Below, one piece after another: positions 17,901 through 25,822 of a DNA stretch of 41,771 bases. Source of the stretch: a virus (Duplodnaviria > Caudoviricetes); the IMG/VR virus record IMGVR_UViG_3300029142_000009, positions 1 to 41,771 of that record, one strand, 5' to 3'. Numbering within the stretch: position 1 is the first letter of the stretch; each line of letters opens with the position of its first letter. A model generated the notes under the pieces. That model searched no databases and was not told the origin of the DNA. It saw nothing but the letters and a program-made list of their open reading frames with translations. The position numbers were made by a program, and so were the translations under genes.

Positions 17901-19163
17901 ATGGCAACAGAACAAACACCAGAAGAAAAGGCACGCGAAGCCAAGCTGATCCTGAAGGAGCAGTTAGATCTCTTGAGTGAATCGGAGGTCGGAAGACTCG
18001 CCAGGGCTCGTAAGGAGAGAGAAGCCGACGAAGCTAAAGGTAGGCAGCGTGGGGCTCAGCTATTTGGAGACGGGTCATTAGGAAGAATCAGAGAAGCTCC
18101 TAGTGGAGAATCATTAAGACTTAAAGCAGCTCGCGAAGCCTCAATTGGAGAGACTAGAGGACAGGTTGGAGAAGACGTGTTAGCTAGAGAAGCCTCCACA
18201 GCTAGAGGTATTTCGGAGCTGGACAAACTCATCGCCGCTAGAACAGATCCGAACAGCGAATTAGCGAAACTTCAGCGTTCTAAGGGTAGAGAGGAAATAA
18301 ATAGAGCACTTCAGACGCAACTAGGTCAAGTAAGAGCCGCCGGCAATGTTGCCCAGTCCGGTGTTACTCAAGCTTTGATCGGTGATGCGATTGGAGGCGC
18401 TCTTCAGGCTAGAGCAGGAATGGAGAGAGATATCTTACTAGGAGGTCTACAGGCCGCCGAAGGATTAACTCTTCAGCGTGAAGCCTTAAGAGAAACGGGG
18501 ACTACTAGAAGGGAAGACCTACGCAGAGCAGGACGGGAAGAGGAGGCACGCCTAAGAGACAGACTTGAAGGAATTCAAGGAGCTATTCAAGACGATCAAC
18601 TGAGACGTCAGCTCATTAACTTAGATCAGCGTAAGCAAGAATTGTTCGGTAGACTCAGCACAGAACAGAATATCGTTGCTCAGGGTGTAGCCGAACGTTC
18701 AGGTGTACGTCAGCAGATCTTAGCTGAAGTAGGACAAGCAGAAGCTACAAGAGCCCAGCGTGAAGCAGAGAGACTACAGGCGGCAGAAATCGCCAAGCCA
18801 CCTCCAAGCTCAGGCGGCGGAGGCGGTAAAGTTATCTGCGGTGAACTGAACAGACAAGGCCTACTAGACGATGTTACTTACGCAGGTGACTTAGCTTACG
18901 CAGAAACTATCAGTCCTGATACAGTTAACGGATATCAAGTATGGGCTACTCATTATGTAGAGCTCATGAAGAAATCAAAGCTTGCTACATACGCAGCTTA
19001 CCCACTCGCTAAAGGATGGGCTACAGAGATGGCTTATAGAGCAGGGTACGTTGAGAAGGGAAGCCTTATAGGTAAGATCTTAACATGGACCGGAGAGCCT
19101 GTCTGTAACTTAATCGGACGTGTATTACGAGTATTTACATCGAGTAAAAGAGTGGAGGCTTAA
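17901..19163 (+). CDS. internal virion-like coiled-coil protein with C-terminal GGGG-KVIC domain
   Basis: helical A/E/Q/R-rich body, Gly linker, KVICGEL..GYQVWA domain. Confidence 0.6.
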   Translation: MATEQTPEEKAREAKLILKEQLDLLSESEVGRLARARKEREADEAKGRQRGAQLFGDGSLGRIREAPSGESLRLKAAREASIGETRGQVGEDVLAREASTARGISELDKLIAARTDPNSELAKLQRSKGREEINRALQTQLGQVRAAGNVAQSGVTQALIGDAIGGALQARAGMERDILLGGLQAAEGLTLQREALRETGTTRREDLRRAGREEEARLRDRLEGIQGAIQDDQLRRQLINLDQRKQELFGRLSTEQNIVAQGVAERSGVRQQILAEVGQAEATRAQREAERLQAAEIAKPPPSSGGGGGKVICGELNRQGLLDDVTYAGDLAYAETISPDTVNGYQVWATHYVELMKKSKLATYAAYPLAKGWATEMAYRAGYVEKGSLIGKILTWTGEPVCNLIGRVLRVFTSSKRVEA

Positions 19164-19165
19164 TC

Positions 19166-21016
19166 ATGGTATTTGATCCAAGAACACCAGGTATTGTACC
19201 AGAGCCAGAAGACGAAAGAAGCAACGCAGATAAAGTGTTGGATCTTCTGTTTGGTGCTCCTACTCCTCCAGGACAGGAACCTGTACTACAGGCAGCGATA
19301 CCTAATCCAAGGATGTTAATTCCTCAACTACTGAATATGGCTAGGTCAGCTAACTTAGGTATAGGTAAAGCAGCCTCTAAAATTCCAGGAATAGGTAATC
19401 TATTCAGAGCTGGAGGAAAGGCTGTACAAAACCCAGTAACAGGAAAATTTACCCCTAATGCCTCATTAACACAAGGCGCTAAATCTGCCGTACAAGGCGT
19501 ATCCGGAGCACTTAGCAAAGTAATTCCTTCCGCTGGAACACTAGGTAAAGTCGGTGGTGGAGCCGTTGCAGCAGGAGCGTTCATTCCAGGAGTTAAAGAA
19601 GGTATCGGAGCAGGAGTTGCAGGAGCTTTATCTAGAGCAGGTATAGGAGCTTCGGAAGAAGAACGAGAAGAAGCAGAGAAAAAGGTTAATTCTCAGCGCG
19701 AGATTCCAGGACTTCCTTCAATTAGACAAGAGGTCGTTGATGCAGTTAGCACTGACTCAGGCATGGAAATTGTTAGAGGTCAACCTTCAGAGAGCAGAGC
19801 TGAGGACCTTCAGATTCAGGCTAATAGACAACAAGCAGCTGATGAGGTTGCAGTTGATATCGCTAGAGGGATTGAGCAGCGTAAAGAGCTTACAGCTGGT
19901 ACCGCCCAAAGAAAACTAGACCTCCAGGCCGAACTAGATGCTATAAAAGGACAAGCTCCTATAGATAACGGAAATCAAGAATTCAGTCAGCGTTTAGCTG
20001 CATTATTAGGAGCAGGACTTCCTTCGGCCTTAACAGGTCACGGAAGAGGAGTAGAGATCGGGGCTCAGATGGGACAACAGATCAGTGGTGAGTTCGCTCA
20101 ACAAAGAGCCCAGCGTCAACAACGTATCGCTAGTCTAGAGAAGAATATCTCAGATCTTAATAAACAACATTTCGATGAGATCGGTAAGACTATTGACAGT
20201 CAAACTAAATTAGCTAAAGAAATCAGAGACGGTTCTAAGGAACTCAGGTCCATTAATGATAAGACACGGGAGCTGGAGAAGTCAGGGGAATTGGATCCTA
20301 CTCAGCGCATTAGAGTTGGTAACACTAACTTTAAGAACTTGGGCGTATCGATGAAAGGTGAGAAGTTCTTCAGAGCTGAAGGCGCACCTGAGATGACTAC
20401 AGACTCTAAGAAGAAGCTTGGAGGTTTCGTCAACGCTCAGCCAGTTATCGATAGCGAGCTTGACAAGATCCGTCAGGTAGTATCAAACGTTGGAGCCGAA
20501 TCAGATGCAGCTTTATCAGGACCTTCTTTCTATTTGGACAAGAACGGTAAGCGAGTAGAGATCGAGAATGCGGCAGCTTTCTTGAAGACTACAGGTACTA
20601 ACTTTAAAGCGCTTGTTAAGGAATTCCGTACATTGGGAGCCTTGGGACAGGACGTTATTGACTTTACCAACGGTTTGGTAGAGGATCCTGTAGGTTTCAT
20701 GCAAGTATGGAGAGATTCAAGCGGAGGTATAGAATCAGGAGTTAGGACTCAAGTTGATGCTCTTAAGAAAGCTCAAGAGGAAGAATTCCAAGTATTCAAG
20801 GAAAACAATCAGATTAAAGGACTATCAGAAGTAAACGCCGACCTAGTTAGATCAGGAGAGCTTAATGGCTTCTCTGCTCTTCCTTCAGCGCAAGTTGTTC
20901 CAGAGCATCCAGATAGAGTCTTTAAGTTTGTAAATCCAGAGGGCCGAGTATTCTTGCTTAATCAGCAGGAGTTAAATGAAATACTGAAGAACGGTAGAAC
21001 TAAGAGGAGAAACTAA
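19166..21016 (+). CDS. putative internal virion/ejection protein
   Basis: 616 aa with Gly/Ala-rich amphipathic segments and coiled coils; position at the end of the structural arm. Confidence 0.55.
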   Translation: MVFDPRTPGIVPEPEDERSNADKVLDLLFGAPTPPGQEPVLQAAIPNPRMLIPQLLNMARSANLGIGKAASKIPGIGNLFRAGGKAVQNPVTGKFTPNASLTQGAKSAVQGVSGALSKVIPSAGTLGKVGGGAVAAGAFIPGVKEGIGAGVAGALSRAGIGASEEEREEAEKKVNSQREIPGLPSIRQEVVDAVSTDSGMEIVRGQPSESRAEDLQIQANRQQAADEVAVDIARGIEQRKELTAGTAQRKLDLQAELDAIKGQAPIDNGNQEFSQRLAALLGAGLPSALTGHGRGVEIGAQMGQQISGEFAQQRAQRQQRIASLEKNISDLNKQHFDEIGKTIDSQTKLAKEIRDGSKELRSINDKTRELEKSGELDPTQRIRVGNTNFKNLGVSMKGEKFFRAEGAPEMTTDSKKKLGGFVNAQPVIDSELDKIRQVVSNVGAESDAALSGPSFYLDKNGKRVEIENAAAFLKTTGTNFKALVKEFRTLGALGQDVIDFTNGLVEDPVGFMQVWRDSSGGIESGVRTQVDALKKAQEEEFQVFKENNQIKGLSEVNADLVRSGELNGFSALPSAQVVPEHPDRVFKFVNPEGRVFLLNQQELNEILKNGRTKRRN

Positions 21017-21017
21017 G

Positions 21018-21665
21018 ATGCCTTTAGAATTTGAATCAGAGGAAGAATTCGAAGCCGCCGCCGGTCAAATGATGGATGAGCACGAGCCTGTATTAGAAGG
21101 CTTAGCTGAACCTGAATCAGACGGTCCCTTAGTATTCGACTCAGAAGTTGAGTTTCAACAAGCGGTCAATCCGGTACAACAAGATGTTGTTTCACCACAA
21201 CAATCTGTAGTTCCTCAAGGACCTGGACTTAATCCAGCAGACCTGGCTTCCGCTGTACTCGGTAATACGGTCCCAGAGCCTCAGAAACCGGCTACAATCG
21301 ACAGAAAGACTATAATAGATAGTTATGCTCCAGTTAATAATACACTCGCTCAGAAGATGCCAGAAGGCGTTACAGAGATACATCCGGCGGACATGGAGGC
21401 AGTTACGGACGTTCTCTCTAAATCATTCTTCTCTATGAGTTCTACAGGTATATTGCTGGACCCCGCGGAGCGCGTGATGTACGCTACGTCAGTTATGGAA
21501 AATTCATCAATGAGAGCTGATGTGAGAGCTCAGCTTATCGACCAAGCTATGAGGGATGGCAAGATCCTACCCGAAGCTTTACCGAAGTCTTGGTATGAAG
21601 CCCGAGGCTTACTTTTGTTACCTCCTAATATAAATCTAGATGATCTTGAAGGAGAGGTTGTATAA
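21018..21665 (+). CDS. acidic hypothetical protein
   Basis: GAGGAG RBS; ORF track. Confidence 0.6.
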   Translation: MPLEFESEEEFEAAAGQMMDEHEPVLEGLAEPESDGPLVFDSEVEFQQAVNPVQQDVVSPQQSVVPQGPGLNPADLASAVLGNTVPEPQKPATIDRKTIIDSYAPVNNTLAQKMPEGVTEIHPADMEAVTDVLSKSFFSMSSTGILLDPAERVMYATSVMENSSMRADVRAQLIDQAMRDGKILPEALPKSWYEARGLLLLPPNINLDDLEGEVV

Positions 21666-21666
21666 A

Positions 21667-21909
21667 ATGGATGATTGGCAACAGTTAGTGATAGAGGAAC
21701 TTAAATCATTAAACCGGAAGGTAGAGAAAGTCTCCGATAAGATAGATAGAGATACTGAAAAAGTAGAGAAGAAGATAGAAGCCCTTGACGAGAAAGTAGA
21801 TAGGGAGCTAGAGCCTATTAAGGCTCACATCACCAAAGTGAAGTTTTCCGCTGTAGTATTAGCAGTCGTAACTCCCATCGTTGTAGGTATAGCTAAGATA
21901 TTCCTATAA
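21667..21909 (+). CDS. coiled-coil protein with C-terminal TM helix (XhlA/holin-like architecture)
   Basis: GAGG RBS before ATG 21667; C-terminal FSAVVLAVVTPIVVGIAKIFL. Confidence 0.55.
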   Translation: MDDWQQLVIEELKSLNRKVEKVSDKIDRDTEKVEKKIEALDEKVDRELEPIKAHITKVKFSAVVLAVVTPIVVGIAKIFL

Positions 21910-22446
21910 GATATCGGTGGATAAGTTTAGATGCTTCAATCTAGTCTTGACCTTAGAGACGCTAGAAGTAGCAGTACCAAGTGGTATGCTGAGCACATCC
22001 GCGATCTCTGAATAAGAAAGACTTACAGTCCTAAGTAACAACACCTTATAGAAGTTATCAGGCAAATGAGGCTTGATAGCTTTTAATATTTCTACGACAT
22101 TCTCATTTCGTTCAGATATAGTAGAATGCTGCACAGTGTTTTCGTATATAGGATTCTCGGCGTATAGCTCTAATCTATTTGCCGCCGATTTAAACTTATC
22201 TTTCATGCAATTATCGATCAGTACGCAGAACCAAGTCTTTCTGTTAGTTTCAGTTCCTTCAAATCTTCCCATGGCGCTTGTCATATCTCTATTTAGCTTA
22301 GTGGCCTTTACATAGGCATCGTGTACATAGTCTAAAGCTTCTGGATCCGTAGGCGCTACATACCGACCGGCGTATTTGCTTAATTTACTAGATGCAAACG
22401 TTGCGAAATATTTATACCATTTCTCAAAGAAGCGGTCCATATTCAT
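21904..22446 (-). CDS. ECF-type RNA polymerase sigma factor
   Basis: region-2-like DYVHDAYVKA..WFCVLIDNCMKD; region-4 HTH LSYSEIADVLSIPLGTATS. Confidence 0.85.
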   Translation of the reverse strand: MNMDRFFEKWYKYFATFASSKLSKYAGRYVAPTDPEALDYVHDAYVKATKLNRDMTSAMGRFEGTETNRKTWFCVLIDNCMKDKFKSAANRLELYAENPIYENTVQHSTISERNENVVEILKAIKPHLPDNFYKVLLLRTVSLSYSEIADVLSIPLGTATSSVSKVKTRLKHLNLSTDIL

Positions 22447-22615
22447 TTTCTAATTCCTCGTACATATTAAAGTATATTTCTTGTTTATCTTCCTTCGTTA
22501 ACTGTCCGTACTGAGGGTGTGCCACAAAATGATCACTGAATATTTCAGGATTATCTGTGACTATCTGAAAACTTACTCCTAGTAATCTCTGACGTTCTCT
22601 AAATTTAATATTCAT
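22424..22615 (-). CDS. hypothetical protein
   Basis: ORF track; coupled overlaps with both neighbours. Confidence 0.5.
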   Translation of the reverse strand: MNIKFRERQRLLGVSFQIVTDNPEIFSDHFVAHPQYGQLTKEDKQEIYFNMYEELENEYGPLL

Positions 22616-23058
22616 TAGTCTCTGCTCATTATGCTTGATCCGAAGTAACTACCTACTATAGCGCTTAGCATATGATAGTCAAACGATGTGAAAGGTACAC
22701 CAGGTACCTCGGTGAATTTAAATACTGTCTCTGACCAGCTAAAGATCCAGAAACCATGCTTAATCACTACAGGCTCTCCATGAACTACAGGTAGTGCAGC
22801 TAGCCCGAATAGAAGAGCTAACTTAGCTCCCCAGTATACAGACCACGCTGTAACGGCTAGGAATCTCTTGGTCCATTGAAATCCTTTATTCTTTAGTTCG
22901 GCCTCTACTCTATGTTTTTGTGAATCTTCGTTGTGTGTTGCTATACTGATTAGTCGGTTGTGTTGATTCTCTTTAGCTCTGGCTCTAGCCTCGGCATATT
23001 TAAAGTAAGCTGATATTGCTGTACTTACTACGTACGTTACTACTGGCATTGGTAACAT
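22615..23058 (-). CDS. holin-like membrane protein (3-TM, GTA-holin-like)
   Basis: GGAGG RBS before ATG 23058; WTKRFLA..TM segment; C-terminal AIVGSYFGS motif. Confidence 0.6.
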   Translation of the reverse strand: MLPMPVVTYVVSTAISAYFKYAEARARAKENQHNRLISIATHNEDSQKHRVEAELKNKGFQWTKRFLAVTAWSVYWGAKLALLFGLAALPVVHGEPVVIKHGFWIFSWSETVFKFTEVPGVPFTSFDYHMLSAIVGSYFGSSIMSRD

Positions 23059-23060
23059 AA

Positions 23061-23501
23061 TTATTCCTCCAACCATTCCTCTGGAATTTGCTTCTTCAGC
23101 GGGCTATACTTGTAGCCTTTCTTCTCACAGAAATCGGCGTAACTTGTTTTACTTCCTTTACGGATTTTAGTGTTAGGGTTCTGAAATACAAATCGGATAT
23201 CTAGATCTGGATGACATTCTTTGATATATCCATGCTTTAGTCTATCTTCTGTAGTCCAGCGTCCCTTAGTTTCTATGTACATCTTAGTTCCATCCTTTTT
23301 AGTCAGGACGAAATCAGGTGTATACTTTCTAGGCTTCTCAGGCTGAGTATAAAGAATCGTATCTGTCTCATACCCAAACTCTATTTCCATAGCGGTGAGG
23401 TACTCATTTACAGTAGCCTCGAATCCGCTACGGAAACCTTTCTTTAGCTGATAACTCTTATTCTTTTGCTGCGGGGTCGTCTTCTTGTTTGTTTTCGGCA
23501 T
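23061..23501 (-). CDS. endonuclease I / Holliday junction resolvase (T7 gp3-like)
   Basis: FRSGFE, YTPDF, IETKG, DRLKH, DIRFVFQN motifs. Confidence 0.93.
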   Translation of the reverse strand: MPKTNKKTTPQQKNKSYQLKKGFRSGFEATVNEYLTAMEIEFGYETDTILYTQPEKPRKYTPDFVLTKKDGTKMYIETKGRWTTEDRLKHGYIKECHPDLDIRFVFQNPNTKIRKGSKTSYADFCEKKGYKYSPLKKQIPEEWLEE

Positions 23502-23751
23502 CTACTTCCTCTGCGTATCGTTCGATTAGTCCAGACTTCTCTACTATCTGAAAGAGGCACTGAACATGGTGAGCCATTTGTGCGTTATTCTGTAACAGAA
23601 AGGTTACTGTCTTCTCCAGCTCCTGGATTCTCTTTTTGTTGCTTAGCTCGCGCTTTTCCTTTTTTGCTTCCTTCTTTGTCAGCTTCTTTTGCGTGGAACT
23701 CGTTGAGCTCTCCGATACGCTTGCTTCTTCTTTCCTTACTTCCTCGCTCAT
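23458..23751 (-). CDS. hypothetical coiled-coil protein
   Basis: GAGGA RBS; ORF track. Confidence 0.55.
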   Translation of the reverse strand: MSEEVRKEEASVSESSTSSTQKKLTKKEAKKEKRELSNKKRIQELEKTVTFLLQNNAQMAHHVQCLFQIVEKSGLIERYAEEVDAENKQEDDPAAKE

Positions 23752-23911
23752 CTAACTTCCTCTCTAAAATGTGCATGTTAACATTCTTAATCATTCTTAG
23801 ACGCTTTCCTTGAGGGGCGGCGTCTAGCATCATGATGGCTTCAAATAGGGCTCTATTGTCAGATCCCATATCGTCCACATGTCTTAATAATTTCTTAGTC
23901 TCATTGTCCAT
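23585..23911 (-). CDS. hypothetical protein; 3' half overlaps the next gene
   Basis: AAGGA RBS; ORF track. Confidence 0.5.
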   Translation of the reverse strand: MDNETKKLLRHVDDMGSDNRALFEAIMMLDAAPQGKRLRMIKNVNMHILERKLDERGSKERRSKRIGELNEFHAKEADKEGSKKGKARAKQQKENPGAGEDSNLSVTE

Positions 23912-24566
23912 CAGTATAGTCCTTTGTTGGTAACTTATGCTTATTATAGTACTTTAACCTTTCTTCGTCAAGTCTTTTTTCTAAGCATGGATTATTTGCG
24001 TCCGGAGTCCCTGGAGGTAAAGGCCTTCCGGCGAAACTAAATATAGTATCTTCTGTAGCTTCTAGTCGTATAGGAGGTCTTAATCCTAGCAAGAGGAATA
24101 GCTTCTTCACTCTGTCTTTGAGTTCTTCTAAGGTACCGTCGTTATTGATAGAGAATGTACAGTCTGACTCAAGGATCTTACATGTAGGATCTACGAAGTC
24201 TATTCTACTTGAAGCATTCACCCATATAGATAAATCGGCTAAATCTCTAGAGGCGAGGAACTCTTCTCTGTCTCTGATACCTACATATATATCGTGCTCA
24301 TTGAAAATTTCTCTAGACAGTCTAGTCTTATCCTTTTCTCCATATTCTTTAATAGCTTCATACCAGGCGATCCTGTGATTGTGCCTATCTTCATAACATT
24401 CTTCTACTGAATCATAGAACTTACCTCTCTCTTCTAGATAAGGCCTAACCACTTTCTCGGCGCAGAAGAAGGAAGATGACTCAAACGAAAGTCCGAACTC
24501 ATCCCTTAAAATCTCTGCTACCGTATCTTTACCATGTCTCCCATGGCCACATATAAATATCTTCAT
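23901..24566 (-). CDS. deoxynucleoside monophosphate kinase-like P-loop protein
   Basis: N-terminal IFICGHGRHGKDTVA P-loop; GIR..E; INNDGTLEEL. Confidence 0.8.
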   Translation of the reverse strand: MKIFICGHGRHGKDTVAEILRDEFGLSFESSSFFCAEKVVRPYLEERGKFYDSVEECYEDRHNHRIAWYEAIKEYGEKDKTRLSREIFNEHDIYVGIRDREEFLASRDLADLSIWVNASSRIDFVDPTCKILESDCTFSINNDGTLEELKDRVKKLFLLLGLRPPIRLEATEDTIFSFAGRPLPPGTPDANNPCLEKRLDEERLKYYNKHKLPTKDYTDGQ

Positions 24567-24907
24567 TACTTAATCTCCATAACATTCACCCAGCCTATCT
24601 GGTCGGGGTCGGTCACAATTAGTGCTTTAGGTGTTATTTCTATTTCTCTTTTACTAGGCATTCTATTAAATTCCCACCATTCAGATCCATCATATTCTGC
24701 TCTAGATAACCAGAAATCATTTCCTACTAATATTAGATCTTGTCCTACTTCGGGCGCTCCATAGCCGGAGTCGTATTCATTGTCTGCCAGAGATTTAAAT
24801 ATTTCTACAGAGAAATGCCCATCTAAACATTGACAGTACTCAATATCATCTATTGTTTTACCTTGTCTATCTAAAACTTCTAGTGTTTCTTGTAACAGGT
24901 TTGTCAT
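24566..24907 (-). CDS. phage hypothetical protein
   Basis: YDSGYG and RAEYDGSEWWEF motifs; ATGA coupling. Confidence 0.7.
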   Translation of the reverse strand: MTNLLQETLEVLDRQGKTIDDIEYCQCLDGHFSVEIFKSLADNEYDSGYGAPEVGQDLILVGNDFWLSRAEYDGSEWWEFNRMPSKREIEITPKALIVTDPDQIGWVNVMEIK

Positions 24908-25110
24908 TGATACTCTCCTCTCTGCATCTTTTCTAGTTTCTTTCTTATATTCATCAGCGCGAATCTTATCTGTTCATAAGGATCCGGACTCACTTGATCT
25001 ACTTCAGGGAGAACGAAGTTAGGTAACCTCAGTAACCATAGTATAGTCTGTATCTCATTTACAATACCTTCGGCTGGTGTTATTTCGTCTTTCATATTAT
25101 CCCCAAACAT
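24904..25110 (-). CDS. hypothetical protein (start may be 25095)
   Basis: ORF track. Confidence 0.5.
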   Translation of the reverse strand: MFGDNMKDEITPAEGIVNEIQTILWLLRLPNFVLPEVDQVSPDPYEQIRFALMNIRKKLEKMQRGEYQ

Positions 25111-25212
25111 TCAGTATATATTTACCTACTATCAGAACTCCTGAACCTGCTATCAGTCTTCCTATAATATGTATCACTTCCAGTTTTATCTGATCTCTCA
25201 TTCACCTCTCCT

Positions 25213-25767
25213 TTAGAGCAGTATCAGTATCGCTGTACGTACCCAATCCACTTCTTTAATATCGTAGCCTTTATCTTTCAGAATCTTCTTGAATAGTTCT
25301 ACAGTCACATCGACTTGTTCGTCAACTATAGCGTTCTGCTCTTTAGTCAGGGGAGTTCTATCTAGCCCGTTGACTTTCCATGTCCTACTGATAAGTCCAG
25401 GGATCTGATATCTTCCGATACCGCAGCGAATCCCTGCTACCTTGCAGATCTTAACCGCGGCTTTAACGGCTATGGCCTCTTCGATCTTATGGTTAGTCTC
25501 ATCCCACCCACGGAACAACTTCGCATTACTGCGAATCTTATGGACTACCTCATGTAGTATAAGGTATACAGATTGCTTACCCTTCTTAACATAAATTTTA
25601 TCTTCCTCTTCTACATAGACCGCATCTGCATCCGGGTGGTGAGGAATCTTCTTAGTGATTTCATACTTCACACCAAGGTCATCTAGTATCCTAGTACTGG
25701 TCCCTTGGTACCTGGTACATGACACGCTAAGTAGGCATATTACCAGAATCATAAATAATCTATACAT
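25213..25767 (-). CDS. putative lipoprotein zinc metallopeptidase
   Basis: signal peptide ending LSVSC (lipobox-like); HEVVH motif plus downstream EE; own promoter and AGGAGG RBS. Confidence 0.65.
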   Translation of the reverse strand: MYRLFMILVICLLSVSCTRYQGTSTRILDDLGVKYEITKKIPHHPDADAVYVEEEDKIYVKKGKQSVYLILHEVVHKIRSNAKLFRGWDETNHKIEEAIAVKAAVKICKVAGIRCGIGRYQIPGLISRTWKVNGLDRTPLTKEQNAIVDEQVDVTVELFKKILKDKGYDIKEVDWVRTAILILL

Positions 25768-25793
25768 ACTACCCTCCTATTCGGTATACCTTT

Positions 25794-25822
25794 ATTATAC
25801 CTCATCGACGTTTAACTGTCCA
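25794..25822 (-). promoter_or_regulatory. sigma70-type promoter TGGACA-N17-TATAAT
   Basis: read directly on the - strand; overlaps the polA stop. Confidence 0.7.
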
